From Candidatus Aminicenantes bacterium (lineage in GTDB: Bacteria > Acidobacteriota > Aminicenantia > Aminicenantales > Saccharicenantaceae): DNA of 64,000 nucleotides. Location of the stretch: assembly GCA_963773685.1 (NCBI GenBank), contig CAVZBY010000005.1, positions 72,709 to 136,708 on the forward strand, read 5' to 3'. The translations under genes and the position numbers were made by a program. The notes beneath the pieces are model-generated. The model saw only the letters and a program-made list of their open reading frames with translations. It made no database searches and had not been told where the DNA came from. This document shows positions 48,751 through 58,283 of this stretch, in pieces (the first letter of the stretch is position 1; each line of letters starts with the position of its first letter).

Positions 48751-49512
48751 ATGGAAGAACGAACGCATATCAGCATCCGGGACCTCAACGTGTATTACGG
48801 GGGGCTCCAGGTCCTCAAGGGCATCAGCCTGGACATCCCCGACCGGAAGATCACGGCCATCATCGGGCCGTCCGGCTGCGGCAAGACGACCCTCCTCAAG
48901 TCGCTCAACCGGCTCCTGGACACGGTCGACGGGGTGCGGGTGGACGGGAAGATCCTCGTCGACGGCGAGGACATCTACGGCCCGAAGGTCGAGGTGACGG
49001 CGGTCCGGAAGAAGATGGGGCTCCTGTCCCAGAAGCCCCAGGTCCTGCCGATGTCCATCTTCGACAACGTCGCCTACGGGCCGAAGCTGCACGGCGTCAA
49101 GAACAAGGCCCGGCTGGATTTCATCGTCCGGAACCACCTGGTCGAGGCGGGCCTGTGGGACGAGGTCAAGGACCGGCTCCACCATCCCGCGTCGCGCCTC
49201 TCGGTCGGCCAACAGCAGAGGCTGTGCCTCGCCCGGGGCCTGGCCGTCGGGCCCGAGATCATCCTCGGGGACGAGCCGACCTCGGCCCTCGACCCCCAGT
49301 CGAGCCAGCACGTCGAGCGGAAGCTCGTCGACCTCAAGAACGACTACACGGTCATCGTCGTCACCCACATCCTCCGCCAGGCCCGGCGCATCGCGGACTA
49401 CGTGGTGTTCCTGTACCTCGGCGAGCTCGTCGAGCACGGCCCGGCCGAGGAGATCTTCTCGAACCCGAAGAACCCCCGCACGCGGGCCTACATGACCGGC
49501 GAGATCAGCTGA
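48751..49512 (+). CDS. pstB: phosphate ABC transporter ATP-binding protein
   Basis: Walker A GPSGCGKTT, signature LSVGQQQRLCLARG, Walker B ILGDEPTSALD; 253 aa. Confidence 0.95.
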   Translation: MEERTHISIRDLNVYYGGLQVLKGISLDIPDRKITAIIGPSGCGKTTLLKSLNRLLDTVDGVRVDGKILVDGEDIYGPKVEVTAVRKKMGLLSQKPQVLPMSIFDNVAYGPKLHGVKNKARLDFIVRNHLVEAGLWDEVKDRLHHPASRLSVGQQQRLCLARGLAVGPEIILGDEPTSALDPQSSQHVERKLVDLKNDYTVIVVTHILRQARRIADYVVFLYLGELVEHGPAEEIFSNPKNPRTRAYMTGEIS

Positions 49513-49516
49513 AGAA

Positions 49517-49552
49517 GCGAGGCGGGCGAGACGCGCGGGACAGGCGAGACGC
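49517..49552 (+). repeat. tandem 9-nt array (GCGAGAC-NN) x4
   Basis: GCGAGGCgg GCGAGACgc GCGGGACag GCGAGACgc, starting 5 nt after the pstB stop. Confidence 0.8.
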
Positions 49553-49764
49553 GAGGTCGGTCAAGGCATCTGCGAGCCCAGGCTTCGCCGCCGCCCGAAC
49601 TTGGGCGGGCCGTCGGGCCTTTCTCAAAGAAGATGCCGGATTGACGATCGACGATTTCAAGAAACTTCTCTGAATCCCATCCTTGTTATCCCGTTTTACG
49701 GGGATCGCCCTTTTGTTGTATTATCTTCGACAAGCGAAATTCATATGACCCCAGGATAACACCC

Positions 49765-50541
49765 ATGACGATCGCGTTCGACAAGTACCAGGGCGCCGGG
49801 AACGATTTCATCATCATCGACAACCGGAAGGATGTCGTCGATCCGGCCGACTTTCATCTCATCAACAGGCTGTGCGACCGTCGTTTCGGCATCGGAGCGG
49901 ACGGGCTCATCCTGGTCTCCTGTCACGACCGGGCCGATTACGAGATGAAGTATTTCAACGCCGACGGCAAGCTTGGCTCCATGTGCGGCAACGGGGGACG
50001 ATGCACCGCCCATTTTGCCCTGAGATCGGGGATCGCCGGCGCGAAACAAAGATTCCTGGCCTTTGACGGGCTTCATGAAGCGATCGTCGCCCGGGATACC
50101 GTCCGCCTGCAGATCGGCGACGTCTATGAACACAGGAAGATCGGCGGGAATTATTTCATCGATACGGGATCGCCGCATTATGTGGTCTTCGCGGACGATC
50201 TGGACAACCTGAATGTCGTCGAGGAGGGCAGGAAGCTCCGATGGTCCCCCCTTTTCGCCCCGGGAGGGACCAACGTCAACTTCGTCCGGATCGACGACAA
50301 AGGGATTTCCATCAGGACCTTTGAACGGGGAGTGGAAGACGAGACCCTGGCCTGCGGAACGGGAGCGACGGCTTCGGTCATCGCCTCGATCCTGGCGGGG
50401 CGTTTCGATAGGGCCCCGGTCAGCGTCAGGGCCAGGGGGGGAGCCCTGAGCGTGGATTTCAAGATCCAAAAAGACAAGATCACCGACATCTGGCTCACGG
50501 GCCCGGTATCGTTCGTCTTCGAAGGGAAGATTGGAGTCTGA
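49765..50541 (+). CDS. dapF: diaminopimelate epimerase
   Basis: FDKYQGAGNDFIIID...NADGKLGSMCGNGGRC...ETLACGTGA (both catalytic Cys motifs); 258 aa. Confidence 0.9.
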   Translation: MTIAFDKYQGAGNDFIIIDNRKDVVDPADFHLINRLCDRRFGIGADGLILVSCHDRADYEMKYFNADGKLGSMCGNGGRCTAHFALRSGIAGAKQRFLAFDGLHEAIVARDTVRLQIGDVYEHRKIGGNYFIDTGSPHYVVFADDLDNLNVVEEGRKLRWSPLFAPGGTNVNFVRIDDKGISIRTFERGVEDETLACGTGATASVIASILAGRFDRAPVSVRARGGALSVDFKIQKDKITDIWLTGPVSFVFEGKIGV

Positions 50542-50568
50542 CCCGGCCTTCGCCGATGGGAGAGCCCG

Positions 50569-51325
50569 ATGAAACAATGGTACGAAGAGCTGTTCACCGA
50601 TTACGCCCGGACCTATGACCAGGAACTTTTCACCCAAGGCACCCTGCAGGAAGTCGGGTTCATCGAAAAAGAGATCCGGAAGAACAAGCGGGTCAGGATC
50701 CTGGATGTGGGCTGCGGGACCGGCCGGCACGCCATCGAACTGGCGCGGCGGGGCTATGACGTCACGGGTTTGGACCTTTCCCCCTCCCAGCTCGAGCGCG
50801 CGAAGAGAAAAGGCCAGGGCGGCCGGGGTCAAGGTCAGGTTCGTCAGGAAAGACGCCCGCGATTTCGACTTCCAGGGCCGGTTCGGGCTGGTGATCATGC
50901 TTTGCGAGGGCGGTTTCCCGCTGATGGAGACCGACGCGATGAACTACCTCATCCTCGAGAACTGCGCGAAGTCGCTCCGGAAAGGCGGCAAGTTCATCTT
51001 CTCGACGCTCAACGCCCTGTATCCGCTCGTTTCCTCGCTGAAGAAGATCCTCAACGAAGGCGCCGTGGGCACGAGAACATCCGGGATCACCTTCGATATC
51101 GCCACGCTGCGCGAAAGATCGGTGCTGGAAGTCAAGGATGACAACGGGAAGACAAAGGTCCTCTGCTGCAGCGAGCGGTTCTATATGCCCTCCGAGCTGA
51201 CCTGGATGCTGAGAACGCTGGGCTTCCGGAAAGTGGAGATCTTCGGGGGCACGGTCGGCAAGTTCAGCCGCAAAGCAAGACCGTCACCGAAGGAATTCGA
51301 ATTGCTCGTGGTGGCGGAGAAATAG
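50569..51325 (+). CDS. class I SAM-dependent methyltransferase, interrupted by a frameshift near 50806-50813
   Basis: RILDVGCGTGRHAIELARRGYDVTGLDLSPSQLERAKRK / ARAAGVKVRFVRKDARDF..., continued in ORF 50615-51325. Confidence 0.75.
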
Positions 51326-51352
51326 GAACGGGCTTTCCCGCCCCCCGACTCG

Positions 51353-52231
51353 TTACAGCTTGGCCAGGCGGAAAAGCTTGATCAGCGTCATCATGTCGCC
51401 GGCCGTGAAGCTAACGGTGTGCTCGTCCTTGCGGACCGCGTCCGGGATCCAGGAGGCTTTCTGGGCCCCCCCTTCGTCGGCAAAGGCGACCTCGAGCGTG
51501 TAGGGAGGGGCGAGCTTATAGGGTTTGAAATCCTTTATCCGGCGCAGGGCGGCGGTCGTCCTCTCGCGGATCAGGGCCTGGGCGGCCTGGGGGGAGAGGC
51601 CCAGCTCGGCGGTTCCGATCCCTTCCTTGACGACGACGGTCTCCACGTCCCCGAACAGCTCGCGGGCCTGCCCGCAGAGGGCCTTGTCGCCCGTGACCAG
51701 AATGACCGGGACGTCGAACATCCCGGCGATGAGTCCGTTGATACCGGCTTCGGGCATCTTCAGGCCGTTGACGACGACGTCGAGCAGCTTGGTCGTCATG
51801 GTGTGCTTGAGGACCGCGTCCGGGGTCGAAGCCCGGGCGTGGTAGCCGATGAAGATGACGGCGTCGAAGGACTTGTCGATCCCCTCCATCATGCTCAGCG
51901 GGCCATAGCTCCAATCGCGCAGGAGCTTGACGTTCGGATTCAGAAGGTCGGGAAGGATGTTGCGGCCGGTGTCGTGGGCGTCCCGGACGACGATCTCGGT
52001 CGCGCCCGCAGCCTGGGCGCTTTCGATCGCCGCGTTGACCTCCTGGGTCATGATCCTCCGAAACAGGCCATAATCCTGGCCGCCCGGGGTCACGTCGTCC
52101 CAGTTGACGATGCCGGTGATCCCTTCCATGTCCACGGAAATGAAGATCTTGAGGCCCTGGGCGGGCGCCTGGGCGGAGGCGAAGGCGACGGCCGCCAGGA
52201 GCAGGAAGATCGCGATGCCGGTCTTTTTCAT
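51353..52231 (-). CDS. M55-family metallopeptidase (DppA-like D-aminopeptidase), secreted
   Basis: Signal peptide MKKTGIAIFLLLAAVAFASA, then KIFISVDMEGITGI...VVRDAHDTGRN; 292 aa. Confidence 0.85.
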   Translation of the reverse strand: MKKTGIAIFLLLAAVAFASAQAPAQGLKIFISVDMEGITGIVNWDDVTPGGQDYGLFRRIMTQEVNAAIESAQAAGATEIVVRDAHDTGRNILPDLLNPNVKLLRDWSYGPLSMMEGIDKSFDAVIFIGYHARASTPDAVLKHTMTTKLLDVVVNGLKMPEAGINGLIAGMFDVPVILVTGDKALCGQARELFGDVETVVVKEGIGTAELGLSPQAAQALIRERTTAALRRIKDFKPYKLAPPYTLEVAFADEGGAQKASWIPDAVRKDEHTVSFTAGDMMTLIKLFRLAKL

Positions 52232-52371
52232 GAGGTTTCCTCCTGGAATGAGAACATCTTATAAGCAACACATACGGCGTTCAAGCGGAGAATATCGTAC
52301 GGCGCCTGCCCCTCATGACGGGCGGGCTCGGCTGAAAAAGCGAAAAGCGCGAGACCGGCGGGGAAAGATCT

Positions 52372-52836
52372 CTAGATCTGGTTGATCTGCCAGGTCCCGC
52401 TGCCCTTGCAGCGGTCGGTCGATCCGATCTCCTCCCAGGTCCCCTCGGCGTGCCATTTTCCGGACCTCATGCAGATGGTAGCGGTGAACTTGACCGTGTT
52501 GCCGCTGGGCGTGAGGAAGCTCCCCTCGAGCTTGCAGCACCCGCGGATCGCCGCCCGGCTGAGCGTTCCAGTCCAATTATTAACCGTTCCGGCGGGGTCG
52601 GTGATGGTCCCCTTGACATCCGCCCCGCACTCGGCCGCCTGCTTGATGGCCATCTTGAATATTTCCTTGACCGGGACGGGACAATTCGGCTTGGCATAGG
52701 CGATCTGAAAGCCTTCGTAGTCTCCGGCGACGCAACAAAGCCTCTTGGCTTGGGCCTGCAGGGAGATCCCGGCCGACAGGCCAATGACAAGAGCGAATAA
52801 GGCTATCGAAAACGCGATCCTGAAACTTTTGTTCAC
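52372..52836 (-). CDS. small secreted Cys-rich hypothetical protein
   Basis: 154 aa with signal peptide MNKSFRIAFSIALFALVIGLSAGISLQAQA. The mature part has 8 Cys, including two vicinal CC pairs (RLCCVAG, RGCCKLEG). I recognised no family. Confidence 0.6.
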   Translation of the reverse strand: MNKSFRIAFSIALFALVIGLSAGISLQAQAKRLCCVAGDYEGFQIAYAKPNCPVPVKEIFKMAIKQAAECGADVKGTITDPAGTVNNWTGTLSRAAIRGCCKLEGSFLTPSGNTVKFTATICMRSGKWHAEGTWEEIGSTDRCKGSGTWQINQI

Positions 52837-52944
52837 GGTCCCCTCCTTGCTTATGACAATAGAATAGAAAAAGCTCGTAAGAATATCAATGAATATTTGC
52901 TTGCCTCTCTGCAGTTCCGGGAGGCCGGGGCGCGGCTAAGCGAA

Positions 52945-53110
52945 GAGAATAACTGACCATTTATTGAACATATTCATGATTGCCTATTAAACTATTATAT
53001 ATCTATTATATAGCCTACATAGGTTGTCGTTAGTGTTCTTATTATGAACACTATTAGCATGCTATAAAACATCGCCAAAATCCTTCTATTTCTTTTATAT
53101 TCTTTGTCTT
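52945..53110. other. AT-rich island in the divergent intergenic region (probable promoter/regulatory region)
   Basis: Visibly AT-rich against the GC-rich background. Contains the direct repeat CTATTATATA twice, 11 bp apart (52992-53001, 53003-53012), and the palindrome GTGTTC-ttattat-GAACAC (53033-53051). Confidence 0.6.
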
Positions 53111-53158
53111 ACAGTCGCTTCGTCTCCGTGGCACGCTTTTCGCTTTAGTAAAGGTATC

Positions 53159-53749
53159 ATGAACACGAAGGAGACGAAGATGAAGACGAAGAAGATGATG
53201 GCCGTCGGCGCGGCCGTTTGTATCCTGGCGATCGGTTCCCTGAGCGCCAAAGAGATCGAGTTCTCGCTCCTCGAGACCTCCGCGACCCCGCAGACGTCGC
53301 TGTTCTCGCCCGATGTGATGACCCTGGCCGCCTCCATGGTCGCCGCACCGGCCCCCGTTCCGGCCCCCCTCGCGGCGCTTCCGGTCAACATTGTCCGTCC
53401 CCGGGGCTTTTCCGACCCGTTCCGCGGGGACCGGCTCGAGAAGGGCCTCTTCACCGCCTCCCTCTTGGCCATGACGGCCCTGAACGTCGCGGACTACCTC
53501 TCCACCCGCCAGGCCCTCAAGAATACGGGGCTTGTCGAGGGCAATCCCCTCATGAAGCCCTTCGTCAAGAACGCCTTGGTGTTCGCCGCGGTCAAGGCCG
53601 GGACGACCGCCCTGAGCGTCTGGGGGATGAAGAGCCTCTTCAAGCGCGACAAGAAGACGGCCTGGGTCATGACGACCCTCTCCAACTTCCTTCTCTCCTA
53701 CGTCGTCGCCAACAATATGCGGCTCATCTCAAGAGCGCGTCCAAGGTAG
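53159..53749 (+). CDS. DUF5658-like small membrane protein (hypothetical)
   Basis: 196 aa. The C-terminal half, LNVADYLSTRQALKNTGLVEGNPLMKPFVKN...SNFLLSYVVANN, resembles the DUF5658 pattern (E-x-NP motif between transmembrane helices). An alternative start is the ATG at 53180, after the RBS AAGGAG. Confidence 0.6.
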   Translation: MNTKETKMKTKKMMAVGAAVCILAIGSLSAKEIEFSLLETSATPQTSLFSPDVMTLAASMVAAPAPVPAPLAALPVNIVRPRGFSDPFRGDRLEKGLFTASLLAMTALNVADYLSTRQALKNTGLVEGNPLMKPFVKNALVFAAVKAGTTALSVWGMKSLFKRDKKTAWVMTTLSNFLLSYVVANNMRLISRARPR

Positions 53750-53778
53750 GGGCGCGGGGCGCCCTCTCCACAGCGGGC

Positions 53779-53812
53779 GGGGCCGGGCCGCATGGCTCGG
53801 CCCCCTTTTTTT
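53779..53812 (+). terminator. intrinsic terminator downstream of the DUF5658-like gene
   Basis: GGGGCCGGGCC-gcat-GGCTCGGCCCC followed by T7 (53806-53812). Confidence 0.6.
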
Positions 53813-53822
53813 GGGGGGGGGG
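53813..53822. repeat. G10 homopolymer directly after the T7 run
   Basis: cccccTTTTTTTGGGGGGGGGGc read directly from the sequence. Confidence 0.9.
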
Positions 53823-53849
53823 CGATCCTGGTCCTCGATTAGTGCTTGA

Positions 53850-53917
53850 TGTAGCCGCAGACTTTAGTCTGCGTCCTGGGCCGGACCTGAGCCTCAGGCT
53901 GAAGCCTGAGGCTACAT
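53850..53917. repeat. REP inverted doublet
   Basis: tGTAGCC-GCAGAC-TTTA-GTCTGC-g (53850-53873), then GCCTCAGGC-TGAA-GCCTGAGGC-TACAt (53891-53917). Confidence 0.85.
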
Positions 53918-53985
53918 CAAAGAGCCGGCAAGCGCCGGGACCGGAAAGCTGGCCGCGGGGCGGATCGCAGGAGAGAGGACCGCGC

Positions 53986-55683
53986 CTAATAATAGAGCAC
54001 CGGGTTCTTCTTCCAATCCTTGTCCTTGTCGTGCCCGTACTCGGCTACCCGGGGCCGGCGCTCGAGGAGCCGCACGGACTCCAGCCCGCAAGCGTAGCCC
54101 GAGCTCCGCGCGCTCCTGCCGACGCAAACGAGACGGAGGACGTGCGGGCCGGGCTCGGGCCAGAGGTCGAGCAGGGGAAAGACGGTCCCGGAGGCAGGGT
54201 CCGCGAAGAAGTCGAGCGGTGCTCCGAGCTTCACGCCGTCGAGATAGGCCTGGTAGAGGCCGCCGTCCGGTGACGTCTTCGCCCCGAGCTCCAGCCGCAG
54301 AGGCTCTTTCGCCGCGACCGTGATAGGGAATTCCAGCCAGGCCCCCGCTTGCCGGGCCGGCCGGTACGCGAGGCTTTCGCTCCCGTCGAGCTCATCGACG
54401 GACTTCACGATCTCTCCTTCCCCGTGCCGCCGGGGCGCGGCCGGATCCCAGGCGCGGACGACCGTTCTGGCCAGGTCGGGAAGGCGCCGCTCGTCCGCCC
54501 CGGGGGCCCGGGAGGCGAAGGCGGGCGTCCCGGTCTGATACCAGAAAGCCACGCTGGCGTAGTCGTCCTGCCGTTCGTTCCAGCTCGTGGCCTTGTACTC
54601 GGGATTCTCGTCCTCGGACATCCAGCCCATATGCTCCAGCGTGACCTTGATCCCGGTATTGAAGACGACCGGGTCGTGGAGATGCCAGCGATAAGAGCTG
54701 ACGTGCCCGCCGATCGTTTGGTGATCGAAGAAGGGGACGCCGAAATAGGGCGTGCTCGAGGTCCCCAGGCCCCAGGCCGCAAGGAAGTAATCCTCGGTCC
54801 CCGTGCCCCAGATGGACGGCGTCGTTTCCCCGTCGATATAGATCTTCTCGTCGCCCTCGCCGAACCAGTTCGGGCTCCGCATCCGGACGCCCAGGACCGC
54901 GCCGACGAAATGGCCCTTGCCCCTGGTTTCGAGGAGGAGATAATCCTCGCCTTGGCGGACGGGATATTCCTGGCGATACTGCGCGTAGAAATAGGGCGTG
55001 TCCTCCGGCAGGCCGTCCAGCCGGATCCAGTCGATGTTGTAATAGAGGAGGCTGAGCGGCTTGCCGCTCTGATTCTCGATCTCGATCCTGGCGGACTTGC
55101 GGAAGGGCATCCGCCAGAAGGCGTTGTAGGAGTCCCCGCCCTCGACGACGATCGGAACGCTGATGACCTCGCTGCGCCGGCCGAAGCAGTTGGCGAAGAA
55201 ATCGCCCACCGGCGCTTCCACGGCCGGGCGGGGATCGCCGTCCCAGAAGATCCTCAGCATGAGCTCCTGGTGATCGGCGGAGCCGCTCGTCGCCCAGTCC
55301 TGGGGCTCCGGGCCGAGGAAGGTGAGCCAGATGTGGGTGATCACTCCGGGGCCCTGTTCGTCCATCAGGACGTGGGTGCCGCCGGGAGGGACGTTGAAGT
55401 TGTCCCAATTGCTCTTGACGTCGGCATCCCCCCGGGGGACGGCCGCGGGGTCGTAGCGGCGTTCGCCGGCGTTGCGGTCGCCGTCGGGCCCGCGGCGCAG
55501 CTCGCCCACCCGCATGGCCGAGGTGGCCCGCATGGAACGCCCCTGCTGGGGCTTGGCGAGCCCCTCGAGGGTCCCGCCGCCCGCGAGCCCGGGAGCCTTG
55601 TCTTTACGGCAGCCCCAGGCTACGAACAGAACGGCCAGGACCATCGCGGCCATTACCAATTTTCTATGATGTTTCATGGACAT
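53986..55683 (-). CDS. DUF2961 domain protein (glycoside hydrolase family 172-like), secreted
   Basis: 565 aa with a signal/lipobox-like N-terminus (LFVAWGC). FWDGDPRPAVEAPVGDFF...NAFWRMPFRKSARIEIEN...FGEGDEKIYIDGE...GTGTEDYF are typical DUF2961 blocks. Confidence 0.85.
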   Translation of the reverse strand: MSMKHHRKLVMAAMVLAVLFVAWGCRKDKAPGLAGGGTLEGLAKPQQGRSMRATSAMRVGELRRGPDGDRNAGERRYDPAAVPRGDADVKSNWDNFNVPPGGTHVLMDEQGPGVITHIWLTFLGPEPQDWATSGSADHQELMLRIFWDGDPRPAVEAPVGDFFANCFGRRSEVISVPIVVEGGDSYNAFWRMPFRKSARIEIENQSGKPLSLLYYNIDWIRLDGLPEDTPYFYAQYRQEYPVRQGEDYLLLETRGKGHFVGAVLGVRMRSPNWFGEGDEKIYIDGETTPSIWGTGTEDYFLAAWGLGTSSTPYFGVPFFDHQTIGGHVSSYRWHLHDPVVFNTGIKVTLEHMGWMSEDENPEYKATSWNERQDDYASVAFWYQTGTPAFASRAPGADERRLPDLARTVVRAWDPAAPRRHGEGEIVKSVDELDGSESLAYRPARQAGAWLEFPITVAAKEPLRLELGAKTSPDGGLYQAYLDGVKLGAPLDFFADPASGTVFPLLDLWPEPGPHVLRLVCVGRSARSSGYACGLESVRLLERRPRVAEYGHDKDKDWKKNPVLYY

Positions 55684-55942
55684 CCTCTCTTTCTTAGAGC
55701 GCGATTATAGCCTCTCCGGCGGGGGCAGGCAAGGAAGAGGCAAGGTGCAGCCATGGGGCCATAGCTTGTTCCTGCGGAGCAAGACTTTGTTTCGGCAACC
55801 GGGACAGCACCCCCATAAAACCTGCCGCCCGGAGAGGCTGTCGGGCGATCGCCGATCTCGGATCTCACAATCCTTCGGTAAAAGGACCCTAAAACCGCGG
55901 ATCGTTCGAGGACCCGCGCGTCTTCGTCCCATGGCCCGATCT

Positions 55943-55958
55943 TGGCACATATCTGGCA
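55943..55958 (+). promoter_or_regulatory. candidate sigma54 (-24/-12) promoter upstream of the first multicopper oxidase
   Basis: TGGCAC-atatc-TGGCA versus the consensus TGGCAC-N5-TTGCW (one mismatch, GG and GC correctly spaced), 55 nt before the ATG at 56013. Confidence 0.45.
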
Positions 55959-56012
55959 TTGCGCTTGAGACAGTTTTGGACCCTAAAGTCTATTGAGGGG
56001 AAGGAGGAGAGC

Positions 56013-58034
56013 ATGAGGATCTTGGAGAAAAGGGCGCCGTACGTTCTTGCGTTGGCGCTCGCCGTGGTTTCCATCTTCGTCGTGGCGGGCCTTCTGGGCC
56101 AGGCCCAGCCGTTCCCGCCCAACCCGGCGGCCATTCCGGGAGGCACGCTGACCCCGGATCTCGTCCCGAAATACGTCATGCCGCTGGTCATCCCCCCGGT
56201 TATGCCCCTAACTTCGACGATCAAACCAAAAGGCGGCATGCAGATCGACTATTACGAGATCGCCGTCCGCCAATTCGCTCAACGGATTCTGCCGCCGGGC
56301 CTTCCGACGACGACCGTTTGGGGTTACGGCTCCGTCACGACGCCCGGGACGTTCAATTACCCGTCATTCACGATCGAAGCGAAGGCGAAAAGACCTGTCC
56401 GCGTCAAGTGGGTCAACGGCCTCGTCGACGCCTTGGGCAACTTCCTGCCTCCGATCGTGCCGGTGGACCAAACCATTCACTGGGCCAATCCTCCCGGCGG
56501 GACCGCGGACCGCGACAGCGTGGGCTCCGTTGGCACCCCCTACGCGGGACCTGTTCCGATCATCACGCATGTTCACGGCGCCCATGTGGAAGAGGACAGC
56601 GATGGCTATCCGGAAGCCTGGTATCTTCCCGTGGCCAACAACATCCCCGCGGGATACGCGAAAGTCGGCAGCTTCTACGATGCCAACAAGGCCCTGTTCC
56701 AGGCCAGGACCGGAGTCGTCTGGGAGCCCGGCTCCGCCACCTTCCAGTATCCTAATGACGGGCGCGCCCAGACCGTCTGGTACCATGACCATGCCCTTGG
56801 CATGACCAGGACCAACGTCTATTCCGGGATGGCCGGGTTCTACCTCGTCCGGGGCGGCCCGGCCGACCTCAAGCTGGGCTATCGCGCGCCCAATGCCGGT
56901 GACAAACCCGCTGTCGCCAAGAACTACACCGAGATCCCGATCGCCATCCAGGACAAGTCATTCAACGACGACGGGGCGCTCTTCTTCCCCGCTTCGAGGG
57001 AGTTCTTCGACGGCTTCACGGGCCCCTACGCCCCCGACCCGGCGAGCGACATCTCCCCGATCTTCAACCCCGAGTTCTTCGGGAACATGATGGTCGTCAA
57101 CGGCCGGACCTGGCCGTCGCTGAACGTCCAGGCCCGCCGCTACCGCTTCCGCTTCCTCAACGGCTGTAACGCCCGGATGCTGATCCTCCGCCTGGCGACC
57201 GACAATACGCCCCTCGACGGAACGATCGATGACGGCGACTGGACCGCCCTCCCCGGGGTGTTCTGGATCATCGGCACCGAGGGGGGCTTCCTGCCGGCGC
57301 CGGTTCAGCTGGACGAGCTGGCCCTCGGCCAGGCCGAACGGAACGACACGATCATCGATTTTGCGGCCTATCAGGGCCAGACCCTCTATCTGGTCAACGT
57401 CGGCCCCGACGAGCCGTTCGGCGGCGGTGTCCCCGGCATCGATTTCGCGGCCTCGCATCCGGCGTCCACGGGTCAGGTGATGCGCTTCGTTGTCACGGCT
57501 CCTCTATCCCTGGACGCGACCGTCGCGCCGAGCCTGCTGACCCTGCCGGCCCTTACGCCGCTCGGCGCTCCGTCCGTCACGCGGCAAGTCTCCTTGAACG
57601 AGCTGGATTCGGCCCTTCTTCCCGGCGTCGGTCCGCTGAAGGCCCTCCTCGGTCTGGTCGATCTGATCACCGTACCCGGGACTCCTATGGGGATGCCGAT
57701 GATGTGGGACGATGCCATCACCGAGAATCCGGCCCTGAACGCGACCGAGGTCTGGGAGATCTACAACTTCACTGAGGATGCCCACCCCATCCATCTTCAC
57801 CTGGTCCAGTTCGAGGTCGTGAACCGGGAGGTGTTCGATCCGCTGCTTCCCGGCTTTGGCGTCGCGAGGCCTCCGGAAGCCTGGGAGACCGGACTCAAGG
57901 ATACGGTCCTGGCCTTCCCGGGCGAGATCACCCGGATCAAAGCCAAGTTCGACCTGGCCGGCCTCTATGTCTGGCATTGTCACATTATCGATCATGAAGA
58001 TCACGAGATGATGAGGCCCTATCGCGTTCAGTAG
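56013..58034 (+). CDS. multicopper oxidase (CotA/bilirubin-oxidase-like, three cupredoxin domains)
   Basis: The ATG at 56013 follows the RBS AGGAGG. N-terminal transmembrane/signal segment. Copper ligand motifs: HVHGAH, WYHDH, HPIHLHLVQF, HCHIIDHEDHEMM. Confidence 0.9.
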   Translation: MRILEKRAPYVLALALAVVSIFVVAGLLGQAQPFPPNPAAIPGGTLTPDLVPKYVMPLVIPPVMPLTSTIKPKGGMQIDYYEIAVRQFAQRILPPGLPTTTVWGYGSVTTPGTFNYPSFTIEAKAKRPVRVKWVNGLVDALGNFLPPIVPVDQTIHWANPPGGTADRDSVGSVGTPYAGPVPIITHVHGAHVEEDSDGYPEAWYLPVANNIPAGYAKVGSFYDANKALFQARTGVVWEPGSATFQYPNDGRAQTVWYHDHALGMTRTNVYSGMAGFYLVRGGPADLKLGYRAPNAGDKPAVAKNYTEIPIAIQDKSFNDDGALFFPASREFFDGFTGPYAPDPASDISPIFNPEFFGNMMVVNGRTWPSLNVQARRYRFRFLNGCNARMLILRLATDNTPLDGTIDDGDWTALPGVFWIIGTEGGFLPAPVQLDELALGQAERNDTIIDFAAYQGQTLYLVNVGPDEPFGGGVPGIDFAASHPASTGQVMRFVVTAPLSLDATVAPSLLTLPALTPLGAPSVTRQVSLNELDSALLPGVGPLKALLGLVDLITVPGTPMGMPMMWDDAITENPALNATEVWEIYNFTEDAHPIHLHLVQFEVVNREVFDPLLPGFGVARPPEAWETGLKDTVLAFPGEITRIKAKFDLAGLYVWHCHIIDHEDHEMMRPYRVQ

Positions 58035-58218
58035 ATAGGCCTTAGCAAACGACTCGCCGCCCGCGGGGGACTCGGCTCCCCTGCGTGGCGGCCTTTCCCG
58101 CTCCCGCCGGCAGGACGGATTCCTGCAGGGGCGGGATTCAGCGTCATCGCCTCGCCGACCCGAGTTTCGTTCCGTCGGGCCTCCCCGGTCGAAGCCGCCG
58201 CTCTCCCGCGAACGGCCT

Positions 58219-58234
58219 TGGCATGAATCTTGGA
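58219..58234 (+). promoter_or_regulatory. weaker sigma54-like motif upstream of the second multicopper oxidase
   Basis: TGGCAT-gaatc-TTGGA. The flanks resemble the first site (cttggcaNNNatct). The -12 GC is replaced by GG. Confidence 0.25.
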
Positions 58235-58283
58235 TAGCTTCCATGACGATGAAACTCCATTCAGCCGGGAAGGGAGAACGACC

